IMG/VR virus record: IMGVR_UViG_3300033171_000001 | Coordinates: 21,260-85,259 of that record | Length of the DNA: 64,000 nt | Strand: one strand, 5' to 3' | From: a virus | Lineage: Duplodnaviria; Caudoviricetes | In this document: piece after piece, positions 54,930 to 63,897 of the stretch | Layout: each line of letters starts with the position of its first letter | How positions within the stretch are numbered: position 1 is the stretch's first letter | Position numbers and translations under genes: made by a program | The notes under the pieces: generated by a model | The model's input: the letters and a program-made list of their open reading frames with translations, nothing else | What the model was told of the DNA's origin: nothing | The model's database searches: none

Positions 54930-55380
54930 TTTTGCTTCTACGCCTCTGCATTGTTTTATGTAGTTGAGTCTGTGTTTCTTCCAGGGGAACATCTGACCAA
55001 TACTGCGAAAGAAAAAGAGAAACCATGTTACCGAGAGCGGAACGCTTGGCTTGAAGTGAATTTAACGTGGCTGAATTATAACTGACTTCCTCGTTAATGT
55101 CAAGCAATTTCTCGGATAACTTTTGATATTCCTCATTTGTCTTGATAAACGCATCCGTCTGAGCAACCGTGGGAGCCTTGTCAAAACCAAGTTCTTGCCA
55201 ATTCTTGCTTACATTCAAGGTCAACCGGGCAACCAAGGTTTCAAGTGCCAGTTTAGCCCTGTCACGCTTTGATACGGCCTTTGTGTGTCGCTCCCCATAC
55301 TCCTGAAGGTCGGCAGCTACTGTTTGCAATTCCTCATCCAATTTGAACTTGTTAATATGAAGTTTTTCAACAAGACTCAT
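54922..55380 (-). CDS. UvsY-like recombination mediator
   Basis: Helical LDEEL...PT......I...Y...LQAK..L pattern, adjacent to SSB and RecA. Confidence 0.55.
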   Translation of the reverse strand: MSLVEKLHINKFKLDEELQTVAADLQEYGERHTKAVSKRDRAKLALETLVARLTLNVSKNWQELGFDKAPTVAQTDAFIKTNEEYQKLSEKLLDINEEVSYNSATLNSLQAKRSALGNMVSLFLSQYWSDVPLEETQTQLHKTMQRRRSKND

Positions 55381-55731
55381 TTAATTCTCCTTCGTATTCG
55401 GTTCAAGATAAATAATATTCTTTCCTTGCTTTGTTGCTGAAAGAATCTCCCTGGCAACTCCCCTGGATTCCTTCCAACCACCCAGACAAAGAACCCAAAG
55501 TTCATCACAAACATCAAGAAACTTCAAATCTCGGTCAAGCCAAAAATCAGCATCCGTTTGAAACTCATGCGGCATCCAATCCGCAATAGGGTGGGAGTGT
55601 GTGATAGGGCTGAATACATTATAGCCATCCATCATTAATTCTGCCGTGACTCGTGTGACTTCCGCGTAGCGGTAAACCATAATTTCCGGTGATTCGTGTG
55701 TGTAGGGACAGGCCAAATAAATTGTTTTCAT
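55381..55731 (-). CDS. DUF1937 / nucleoside deoxyribosyltransferase-like fold protein
   Basis: IYLACPY, VFSPITHSHP, W...D..FL..CDELWVL..GW.ES.GV..E. Confidence 0.75.
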   Translation of the reverse strand: MKTIYLACPYTHESPEIMVYRYAEVTRVTAELMMDGYNVFSPITHSHPIADWMPHEFQTDADFWLDRDLKFLDVCDELWVLCLGGWKESRGVAREILSATKQGKNIIYLEPNTKEN

Positions 55732-55919
55732 TATTCTTCTCCTTTAACTTTAATTTCAGTTACACTTAGAAGTCCTTCATCTAATATTTCCGATAGAGCC
55801 ATTCCTGTTTCACATTTCCAATCTACATTCTCAATATCGTTATAGGCAAGTTCTTCTGTTTCATACAATTCATAAAAACCCATATTAAATTCACATTCAA
55901 CTTTAAATACAGTTTTCAT
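55731..55919 (-). CDS. Hypothetical protein
   Basis: Coupled small ORF. Confidence 0.5.
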   Translation of the reverse strand: MKTVFKVECEFNMGFYELYETEELAYNDIENVDWKCETGMALSEILDEGLLSVTEIKVKGEE

Positions 55920-55940
55920 TTTTACTTCCTTTACTTCTTT

Positions 55941-58568
55941 TTATTGTTTAGGTTTCCAAATTCCATTCTCATCTTTAACCCACTCTACCAAATCATACCA
56001 AGACTGATTAGGTTCTGGACTCATTTCAACTTCCACTGCCAGCTTCTTTTTTAGAAATGGAAACTGCTGAAACGTCCAATCAGTCATACCATATTCCACA
56101 AGATTTAAAAAGTCCTGCACCTCATTTTTGTGAATAGATGCTCCATTACTATCATGTACCTGTAGCATCAACCGGGACTTCATTTTTTGTTTTCTTGCTT
56201 CTTCATTGATATAACAAGCAGAAGTAAGCAAACAAAAAGCTCCCGCATTTTGAGAAGGTGTGTTGAGACATTTATTTTTGCTCATCAACCCTCTGCGCCT
56301 ATAACCAGAAGGAGTCTCAACATAACCATTCTTCAAATAAACATCCAATGTGTCTGTTTGATATTGCCTCCACACATGAAATTTATCCCAATACTCTGCC
56401 TCCTTGCGTTCCCAATAATTGATAAAATCTCTTTCAGACTTTATTCCGTTTATTCTCAAATGCTCTTCAAGCGTTATCCCATCTCCTGTCAAAACCTCTT
56501 CGTTCATCAACCATTCCCAAGTCTTCTTCGCACATGCCCAATAATTTGAACCGTAGGCTTGTGCAAAGGATATGCCTGATTTGGAAAAGTTTCTGATCTT
56601 CTTTGCTACCTGATCTGGATGAAAGTCAAACCAGAATTGCGTGAACTCACTGTGACAATCAACTCCAGGTGTATTTAACATTTCAAGGAAAACAGGATCG
56701 TTGCAAATAAATGCCAGCAACCATAATTCCAAAGCTGAATAATCAATCTCTGCAAAATGACAATCCTTATCCGCAATAATTCCTCTTCTGATAATCTTCT
56801 TTTGAAACTCGTCGTGCTTGCTGACATTTTGAAGATTAGGACTATTGCAGGAGGTTCGCATGGTTTTAAGCATCACCATGAAAGACGGATGCACTCTGCC
56901 GTTTACCGCATAGGTTTCAAACTGTGATATATATGTATTTATTACTTTATCAATTTTACGAAGTTCCAACAGTTTATCTGCACACGCTCCTTTCAATTCG
57001 TGCATAGACTCTTTATCAACAGAAGCCATTCCTCCCTTAGTTTCTTTGACAACTTCATGATTTCCGTGGTCAAAGAAAAGAAGCCTCAGATCAGGAGATG
57101 ATCCATAATTCGGCAGCCGTCCTTCTTTTTCAACAAACACCTTAACCTCTTTGGTGTTATTGAGTTCTTCTAGAATTAAATCATACTGTTCCTGAAGCTC
57201 TTTCTTTGCCTTGGAAAAATAATCAAGATCAACTCTAACTCCTTCAGCATGATACCGTGCCATTTCCTTGGCTACTTTGTTATACCAGAAAACCGCCTCT
57301 CTTGGTTTGAACTTTCTTTTTGAATCACAATGAAAGTATTTATATTGTTCTGCAAAAAGATAGGCATTAAGCAAGGAATCAAGTCCGTTGTAAAGAAGAA
57401 GTTTAGAAAGAGGAAATTCGTGAATATAGTTTAACCCATTCTCCTGCTTACGCTCAAAATACATCTTTGCTTCTGCGCCATACCCCAACTCACCTTCATA
57501 CATCAAAGCAAGATGTTTTAAACCTCTAGTGCCAGGAGTACAGTTTATTTGATTCTGAACCACCATGGAATCCCAATAAATCCCCTTAGTGTCGGTTTCA
57601 AAACCAACCAATTCCCAACTATATTCCAAATTTAGATTATGTGCTATCTTGTTTATCTTTTCATTGGAAAGATAGTTAATCCACAGTTTCTTAATATGTT
57701 CCTGCTGCTCTGCTGTGAAATGGTTTAATCTTTGATAAGGAAGTGCGTAGGCTTTTTGTTCTTTTCTTTTATAGTTGCTAATATCATAAATAGGAGCAAA
57801 AGAAATAGATTCAATACGGGAACCTTCAATAAAAATATCGGTTCCGGTTCCTTCATAGTCATGTACGCACCATTCAGGACAAGTATTGTTTAGATGTTCC
57901 AGAGCTGAAACCACTTCTTCATAGTTATAAAGACAAATTACTTTATCTCTATGCTTTATTCTTTCTTTGATAGGTTTATCATAATTTTTAGCAATCTCTG
58001 CAATATCCTTTCTCCAAAGAGCCATCCAAAACATATCATCACTGTTTTGAAGAGCCGCAACGGGGTGGTGTATTGCGATAACATTGCAGTTATATTCGTA
58101 ACAAGGAATAAGAAAATCCCGAAATGTCTCAACACTTATTCCGGTTATTTGTTCTTTTCCTCTCTTCTCACCAAATACAGAATAAATAGCAGTCGAGCCT
58201 AAACAGACTATAAGAGTAGGTTTTAGTCGTTTGACTAATTTCTTAACTCGATTTCGACATTTATCTACATTCTTTTTTAGTTTCTGAGAATCGGTTTCCT
58301 TTCCGTAACACCCAATAGCACTCGTTACCCAACAATCATTAAATAGATCAATCCCTACTGCTTCCAGTTCCCCTGCAAATAGTTGTGTTGCTTCTCCCGC
58401 ATGTAGATTACTTACCCTGTCTTGTTGGGCATTAGGGGCTTTTGATAGAATTAGAATTCTCTTATTCCCTTTGCCAAATACTCCCATTTGCGGGGTACCG
58501 GCTTCTTTGTAAAGGCCGCAATTTCCGCAATCTGGTTTGGTGCTTTCTATAGCCGAGAAAAAACCCAT
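55941..58568 (-). CDS. polA: Family A DNA polymerase with an N-terminal uracil-DNA-glycosylase-like domain and 3'-5' exonuclease
   Basis: CGNC..C..C..HP UDG4-like domain; DYEGT/HN/DSM/YNGLD exo motifs; RTSCNSPNLQN, DYSALE, R...K..F...YG, QVHD. Confidence 0.9.
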   Translation of the reverse strand: MGFFSAIESTKPDCGNCGLYKEAGTPQMGVFGKGNKRILILSKAPNAQQDRVSNLHAGEATQLFAGELEAVGIDLFNDCWVTSAIGCYGKETDSQKLKKNVDKCRNRVKKLVKRLKPTLIVCLGSTAIYSVFGEKRGKEQITGISVETFRDFLIPCYEYNCNVIAIHHPVAALQNSDDMFWMALWRKDIAEIAKNYDKPIKERIKHRDKVICLYNYEEVVSALEHLNNTCPEWCVHDYEGTGTDIFIEGSRIESISFAPIYDISNYKRKEQKAYALPYQRLNHFTAEQQEHIKKLWINYLSNEKINKIAHNLNLEYSWELVGFETDTKGIYWDSMVVQNQINCTPGTRGLKHLALMYEGELGYGAEAKMYFERKQENGLNYIHEFPLSKLLLYNGLDSLLNAYLFAEQYKYFHCDSKRKFKPREAVFWYNKVAKEMARYHAEGVRVDLDYFSKAKKELQEQYDLILEELNNTKEVKVFVEKEGRLPNYGSSPDLRLLFFDHGNHEVVKETKGGMASVDKESMHELKGACADKLLELRKIDKVINTYISQFETYAVNGRVHPSFMVMLKTMRTSCNSPNLQNVSKHDEFQKKIIRRGIIADKDCHFAEIDYSALELWLLAFICNDPVFLEMLNTPGVDCHSEFTQFWFDFHPDQVAKKIRNFSKSGISFAQAYGSNYWACAKKTWEWLMNEEVLTGDGITLEEHLRINGIKSERDFINYWERKEAEYWDKFHVWRQYQTDTLDVYLKNGYVETPSGYRRRGLMSKNKCLNTPSQNAGAFCLLTSACYINEEARKQKMKSRLMLQVHDSNGASIHKNEVQDFLNLVEYGMTDWTFQQFPFLKKKLAVEVEMSPEPNQSWYDLVEWVKDENGIWKPKQ

Positions 58569-58577
58569 ACCTGTCCT

Positions 58578-58895
58578 TTAATCTTCTTTGTCGATATTGT
58601 TGTTGTCTTCGTTTGTGCTGTTACCGACCTTGATCAACTCTGCGTAAGTAATACCTTCTTGATTTAAATGAATATTGATATGACATTCCTTGCAAACACA
58701 AATACCGTTTTCAATATCTACTTGTTCCATTGGACTGCATACACAAATTCCATTTTCAGTGTCTACCTGTTCCCTTGGACTGCATACAACAGGAGTTATG
58801 TGATGAGCTTGCGGGTGTTTCTTGTCAAAGGTTTCACCACACTTAGTACAAGTGCGACCCTCCTCGTTTACTATACCTTTAATTTTACGTCCCAT
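58578..58895 (-). CDS. HNH endonuclease, copy 4 (internally deleted mini-form with a 15-aa duplication)
   Basis: MGRKIKGIVNEEGRTCTKCGE joined directly to TFDKKH..HH..(VCSPxEQVDxENGIC)x2..CKECH. Confidence 0.85.
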   Translation of the reverse strand: MGRKIKGIVNEEGRTCTKCGETFDKKHPQAHHITPVVCSPREQVDTENGICVCSPMEQVDIENGICVCKECHINIHLNQEGITYAELIKVGNSTNEDNNNIDKED

Positions 58896-58897
58896 GG

Positions 58898-59125
58898 CTA
58901 CTCCTTTGGACAATCCGGCATCTTTGCAGACTTGTTTCCTGTCAGCGCCTTCTCTGCATATACAGCAAATTTCTTATATAAACTATAATGTTTATCACTT
59001 TGCTCTGCTAAAGCCCTCAGTTTTGATCGTTCAGACATTCCAAGTTTGAAATAATAATGATCATCCGACATTTGATAAAACCAGTCGTGCTTTTTCAGCA
59101 ATTCATAATATTCTTTTAGAGTCAT
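58898..59125 (-). CDS. Hypothetical protein
   Basis: LKKHDWFYQMSDD phage-type motif. Confidence 0.6.
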   Translation of the reverse strand: MTLKEYYELLKKHDWFYQMSDDHYYFKLGMSERSKLRALAEQSDKHYSLYKKFAVYAEKALTGNKSAKMPDCPKE

Positions 59126-59409
59126 TTCTTCAACCCCATATTCTTTCTAACATTTTCATATCCTTCAATTAGAATAATCTGAACAGCGTGCTTATATGAA
59201 CATCTATGGAACTCCATGATCTTATCTATCACTTCTTTATCAAACACGTTCTTGTCTTTAGGAACAAAGAAGTCCGACCATTGTACTTTATCCGAAACAA
59301 GCCCAATAATTTTTGATCGCAACTGATTCAGTCGTTGAACCAATTTGAAATGCTTTTTGGATAGTACACCTAGGCGGCGTTGGTAGAAATTCATTCCACC
59401 CGCTCCCAT
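59122..59409 (-). CDS. Hypothetical protein
   Basis: Coupled ORF. Confidence 0.5.
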   Translation of the reverse strand: MGAGGMNFYQRRLGVLSKKHFKLVQRLNQLRSKIIGLVSDKVQWSDFFVPKDKNVFDKEVIDKIMEFHRCSYKHAVQIILIEGYENVRKNMGLKK

Positions 59410-59627
59410 CCCTTACGCATATAATGATTTTCCAGAATACTAGGGGCAGCAAACGCATAAATAACATTAGACAATCCCCAGGTAAGAACAGCAAGAAAGA
59501 ATGAAATCAAAGCATGATGAAATACCCCTCTAAAAAGGAAATAGATCGGACCAAACAAAGCAGTCCAGAGAATACAGAAATTGGAAACCTCTTCCATGTA
59601 ACTATTTTGTGGATTCTTAAATCGCAT
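59391..59627 (-). CDS. Small membrane protein (DUF2628-like)
   Basis: LWTALFGPIYFLFRG..two TM helices..Y.RKGW; GGAGG SD before ATG 59627. Confidence 0.6.
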   Translation of the reverse strand: MRFKNPQNSYMEEVSNFCILWTALFGPIYFLFRGVFHHALISFFLAVLTWGLSNVIYAFAAPSILENHYMRKGWERVE

Positions 59628-59967
59628 TTTCAGCCTCCCAATTGCTAAACGGAACTCTGCAACCTCCACATATATTATCCTCATAGGGAAAATAATGATG
59701 GCAAGTTTCACAACCAACAGGGAAAATATCGAGGTCAATCAAAGCTTCATATTCTTCTTCAGTCAAAGGAGGTTCTTCTTCAATAATCTCAACAGGAACA
59801 GGAAGACTGGCCCATGTTTGCTTACCCCCGTTATCATAAAAAGTTGTTTCCATTTCAACACTATCCGTATCAATATATTCAGAAATATCTTCTCCACGAA
59901 AAAAAACTTTTACACAATCATCTATTTTCAATCCAGTGGTTGATTTTAATACTTGAATTTGAAACAT
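59617..59967 (-). CDS. Acidic hypothetical protein with a C-terminal Cys cluster
   Basis: CETC..CGGC. Confidence 0.5.
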   Translation of the reverse strand: MFQIQVLKSTTGLKIDDCVKVFFRGEDISEYIDTDSVEMETTFYDNGGKQTWASLPVPVEIIEEEPPLTEEEYEALIDLDIFPVGCETCHHYFPYEDNICGGCRVPFSNWEAENAI

Positions 59968-59972
59968 CTTTC

Positions 59973-60869
59973 CTACCTCTTAAATTTGGGGGTTACATTT
60001 ATCTTAGTCATAAGTTCCGTGCACATTCCCACAAAAGGAATTACCTTATCAACCGCAGCCCCATTCATACCATACCATTCAGCGGTTGTCAAGCAAATTT
60101 CAAAGTTTTTCTTCTCTTCCGCATATTCCATAATGAGGAATCTGTAGAACTTCTCAAAATCATTACACTTCTCGGCAAACTTAAAAATAGAAACCAAATC
60201 ACCATTTTCAATATGCTCAACAAGAATCCTGGAATCCTCCTGAAACTCATTCATGTTCTTGACCACAAGAGTTCCAGAATGAGAACAATATTCCAACATA
60301 TTGATACATGAACGAATATCTGGATATGTATATTCTACAACTTCTCTAATATTGGTTAAGTCATATTCAATCTTTTCCTTATCCAGAATATCCTTACAAA
60401 GTCCAATAACCTTTCTCTTAGGAAACTGCTCAAACTTCAAAGAGATACACCGGCTCTTTATAGGATCGGTGAACTTGTGAATGTTATTTCCAGTGAATAT
60501 GAACCGGCATGTTTTATGAAACTGCTCAATGGTGTTCTTGAGCGCATCTTGAGCGTCTGGTGTGAGGCCATCCGCTTCATCAATAAAAACAACATTTAGA
60601 TTCTTGCTTAGAGAGGAGGCAAAATCAGCCACCTTTCCGCGCATAGTGTCAATTCCCCTGTCTTTTGAACTGCCGTTGAGTTCAAGCACCGTTGAGGGAA
60701 TTTGAGAGGTTAGAATTTTTGCTATGGTTGTTTTTCCAGAACCGGCCTTTCCTGTGAGAAGAAGATTGGGAATATCCTGTTTCTCAATGCAAGAATCAAG
60801 AAAGTCCTTTGTCTCTTTCTCCAGGGAGAGTTCATCTAGCGTCTTTGGTCGGTAGGTGCTGAACCACAT
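59973..60869 (-). CDS. Clamp loader AAA+ subunit (RFC/gp44-like)
   Basis: W..YRPKTL, GKAGSGKTT, ELNGS, DEAD.LT..AQ.AL, SRC, PDIR. Confidence 0.9.
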   Translation of the reverse strand: MWFSTYRPKTLDELSLEKETKDFLDSCIEKQDIPNLLLTGKAGSGKTTIAKILTSQIPSTVLELNGSSKDRGIDTMRGKVADFASSLSKNLNVVFIDEADGLTPDAQDALKNTIEQFHKTCRFIFTGNNIHKFTDPIKSRCISLKFEQFPKRKVIGLCKDILDKEKIEYDLTNIREVVEYTYPDIRSCINMLEYCSHSGTLVVKNMNEFQEDSRILVEHIENGDLVSIFKFAEKCNDFEKFYRFLIMEYAEEKKNFEICLTTAEWYGMNGAAVDKVIPFVGMCTELMTKINVTPKFKR

Positions 60870-60879
60870 TTATAAAATC

Positions 60880-61080
60880 CTAAAATTCAACTTCAGTCAA
60901 AGTCATAGCACAATCACACTTAGGACAATAAATGTCCTCACAAAAATCAGTCATCTTTCCACAAAATACAGCTTGGGAAATATCTCCTTCGTAATCCATA
61001 TCCGCACAATCAAACTCATGCCCGCAGTTAGGACATTCAACATCAAAGGAATACTTTACAGAAACAGTTACTTCGTTCAC
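60880..61080 (-). CDS. Small zinc-ribbon protein
   Basis: CPNC...CPKC. Confidence 0.65.
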   Translation of the reverse strand: MNEVTVSVKYSFDVECPNCGHEFDCADMDYEGDISQAVFCGKMTDFCEDIYCPKCDCAMTLTEVEF

Positions 61081-61085
61081 CTATT

Positions 61086-61748
61086 TTACCTCACATCCGC
61101 TTGAATTGCATAATAAATATCAGAAGACGCCACAAGAATAGAATCCGTAATGGTATCCGAGAACTTGATAATAGCCTCTTGTTCTTTCTTCAAAACATCG
61201 GACAACGTAGCCTTCTTGACACTGATTTCCTGTCCTTCATCAAGCCCGGTTTCAATGTCAAATCGAATAATATTTCCCGTATCATCACCAGAAGAAATGC
61301 CCTTCCAATCAAAATTAACCAATTCACTCTCGCTGACAGAAAGAAGGTTCTGTAAATATCCTTTATCCTCCTTGGTGATATAACAACGCTTATCAAATTC
61401 TCCCGGCATCGCAAAAATATCCACACTGAGTTCCGGCCTAGACGCTACATACTGCGGATTGATGGGCTTGTAGTTAAGAGAGCCTTTTCCTTTCAGCATC
61501 ATGCGGTCTGTCACAATTACATCAATCTCTTCCTGATTTTTAAGAAAGGAAAGCAGAGACTTCAAATGAACTCCAATGGGCACTTCCTGATTCCAATCCT
61601 CGTCATATACGCCAAGAATAAGAAGATCACCGTCCCTAGCTACAATTGAAAGGTTCCCCTCCCTCTCTTCAAACACAACGGTTTCAATCCGCTGTGTGAA
61701 ATGGAACTTGGTAAGGAACTGATTAAAGGCTTGCGCGTCAATTTTCAT
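61086..61748 (-). CDS. Putative sliding clamp
   Basis: 220 aa, alternating alpha/beta pattern, two genes upstream of the clamp loader. Confidence 0.45.
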   Translation of the reverse strand: MKIDAQAFNQFLTKFHFTQRIETVVFEEREGNLSIVARDGDLLILGVYDEDWNQEVPIGVHLKSLLSFLKNQEEIDVIVTDRMMLKGKGSLNYKPINPQYVASRPELSVDIFAMPGEFDKRCYITKEDKGYLQNLLSVSESELVNFDWKGISSGDDTGNIIRFDIETGLDEGQEISVKKATLSDVLKKEQEAIIKFSDTITDSILVASSDIYYAIQADVR

Positions 61749-62651
61749 CTATATTTCTCCCTTCATAAGTTGTTGCTTGTACCATTCAGGAAATCCGTTT
61801 GTGGCAACTCTGTTCAAATCCTTACCATAGATATTCCAAAGGGCTTCCTTGATATTTTCCTTCTCTTCTTCTTCAATGTCTCGTTGAATTTCTTTAATAA
61901 GATTACCAATATCTTTCGGGGATTGTTCGAGTGTTCCATTTTCCTTTAGATGTTGCACCGCCTTATCCCATCGGGCAGGGGTTTTATACTGTTCACAGAA
62001 AGTTTCCCATTTACCCTTTCCGGTATTCTCCTTTTTCCAATTTTTATTATGAACTTCCTTGAACTTTTCTGAAACGTATTTACCACACATGATTGGGAAA
62101 TATTGACCGCCAATCATATAGTCCTTTTCATAGTTCTTAACAACCACCCCCTCTATTTCCACAACTCCAAGGAAAGATTGCCTCGTAAGAAGATCATTTA
62201 TCACATCTGGCGTGGCTTTTCCTCTGTAAATAAGCGGAACCACCTCTAAATCAAGAATATTTGCCCACAATACAAGTTCATCGTAATCAGAAACAAAACA
62301 ATCTTCTTTAATCATACCAAAAAGGGAAATAAAATTCTTAGGTGTCCTGTCATAGCAAAGAGTGTTATGTTTTGGTTTCTGAAGATACTCCCCGTAAAAC
62401 TGAATATTATCAGGAAGTTTGTCCTTTATTGATTTAATATACTCTACACCTTTAGCAAACATTTTCTCTGGTGCGTCCAATTCCATAATCTTACCCTTAG
62501 AACGACACATCAACTTTCCATTGATCTTTCCAAATGAGAATTGAGAACCATCCACTTTTTCCGTGATTTCAACTTCATTTTCAAAAATATCCTTCACCCA
62601 AGGTTGTCCCAATGCCCACAATTTAGGAAAAGATTTAAAATCCATCATCAA
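61749..62651 (-). CDS. RNA ligase (Rnl2-like nucleotidyltransferase)
   Basis: TEKVDGSQF, YGEY, EGVVVK, KYVSEKFKE. Confidence 0.8.
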   Translation of the reverse strand: MMMDFKSFPKLWALGQPWVKDIFENEVEITEKVDGSQFSFGKINGKLMCRSKGKIMELDAPEKMFAKGVEYIKSIKDKLPDNIQFYGEYLQKPKHNTLCYDRTPKNFISLFGMIKEDCFVSDYDELVLWANILDLEVVPLIYRGKATPDVINDLLTRQSFLGVVEIEGVVVKNYEKDYMIGGQYFPIMCGKYVSEKFKEVHNKNWKKENTGKGKWETFCEQYKTPARWDKAVQHLKENGTLEQSPKDIGNLIKEIQRDIEEEEKENIKEALWNIYGKDLNRVATNGFPEWYKQQLMKGEI

Positions 62652-63192
62652 CCTCTCCTATATACTTTTTATACTTATCCATAAAGTCTTTTCGTGTGCC
62701 TCTTCCTAGATTGGTATTATATATGGATTTCCACACCAAACTCAAATCATCTATACCACAACCTTCCGAAATAGTCAAGCACTTTCCGTGTGTTCGATCA
62801 ATATAATACACCATCGCCAACAAAATCTGATATTCAATTATATAGTTACTCTGCTTTATTCCGTGCTTTTTAACGTATTTATCTATAAAGGATTTAATCG
62901 TCGGGTATCTTGGAAGAATCCTTTTATGAATATCTTTATGTGTTAGTCTATTTATTTGGTATATTCCAATATCGTACTTCCCATCACCTAGGTTATTCCC
63001 CATATCGGATTCAACTGCGGCTGTACCAATAATAAGATCAACAAATCGTTCATTAAGCGGAATATCCGCCAAGATCAGCATCATTTCAACTCGCTGCCGT
63101 AACCACATAGCGTCCACTTGCTTCTCTTTAAAGTGATGCGTGGTGGGCAGAAATAGTTGGGCTGTGATTAAAAATGTAAGGAATGTATTCAT
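62635..63192 (-). CDS. Lysozyme/transglycosylase-like protein with an N-terminal signal-like segment
   Basis: TAAVESDMG...GIYQI lysozyme-superfamily pattern. Confidence 0.5.
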   Translation of the reverse strand: MNTFLTFLITAQLFLPTTHHFKEKQVDAMWLRQRVEMMLILADIPLNERFVDLIIGTAAVESDMGNNLGDGKYDIGIYQINRLTHKDIHKRILPRYPTIKSFIDKYVKKHGIKQSNYIIEYQILLAMVYYIDRTHGKCLTISEGCGIDDLSLVWKSIYNTNLGRGTRKDFMDKYKKYIGEVDDGF

Positions 63193-63194
63193 GT

Positions 63195-63401
63195 TTATTC
63201 TTTACATTTTTTAACAACGCACCTAGCATCATACAACCACTCCGGGGCAATGAACATCTCATCCGGTAATTCCTTCGCTTCCCAATATTCTTCCCAAAGT
63301 TTATCAATATTCATAAAAATTCTCCTTTTGGTTCCACTTGACCTACCTTCTACTCCATTCTCTCCTGAAAGTAAAGAATTATTTTTACCAACGACTATCA
63401 A
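63195..63401 (-). CDS. Hypothetical protein (start uncertain)
   Basis: Fills the gap between neighbours; may start at the internal MNIDK. Confidence 0.4.
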   Translation of the reverse strand: MIVVGKNNSLLSGENGVEGRSSGTKRRIFMNIDKLWEEYWEAKELPDEMFIAPEWLYDARCVVKKCKE

Positions 63402-63897
63402 TCGTATGTTTTCCGAAATAAGGACTACTCTTACAATATTTATTATAATTATTACTAGGTTCGTTATTAAGAAGCCACTCGGCTACTAGCGATTTATAAA
63501 AATAACGCCCTCCATAAAAAACATAACAACGATCCAATTCAACAAGGGTTGAACATCCTGTTGATACTAGCAAATCCAGGTATTCGCTAGGAACGCCATC
63601 CCACCATTGACCATAGGCTTTTTCAAACGTCCCATCTACCATGGGAATCGTAAACTCTCTGCCAGCAAAAGCATAAAACCCTTTGCTCGGTGGAATATAC
63701 TGATAAAAACTAAAAAATCCAGAATCTTCAGCAATCAACCAATTCTCTTTACGTTCGTATTTAAATATAGGGCTTCTATTAATCACAATAAAAACTTGAG
63801 TATAATATTTATTTTTGTGTAATATTACATCTTGTATTTGTATGGTATTCATATCATCCTCTCTTATATACTGTAAAATTTTATTTCCTTCCGTCAT
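63385..63897 (-). CDS. Hypothetical protein
   Basis: 170-aa aromatic-rich ORF. Confidence 0.6.
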   Translation of the reverse strand: MTEGNKILQYIREDDMNTIQIQDVILHKNKYYTQVFIVINRSPIFKYERKENWLIAEDSGFFSFYQYIPPSKGFYAFAGREFTIPMVDGTFEKAYGQWWDGVPSEYLDLLVSTGCSTLVELDRCYVFYGGRYFYKSLVAEWLLNNEPSNNYNKYCKSSPYFGKHTIDSRW

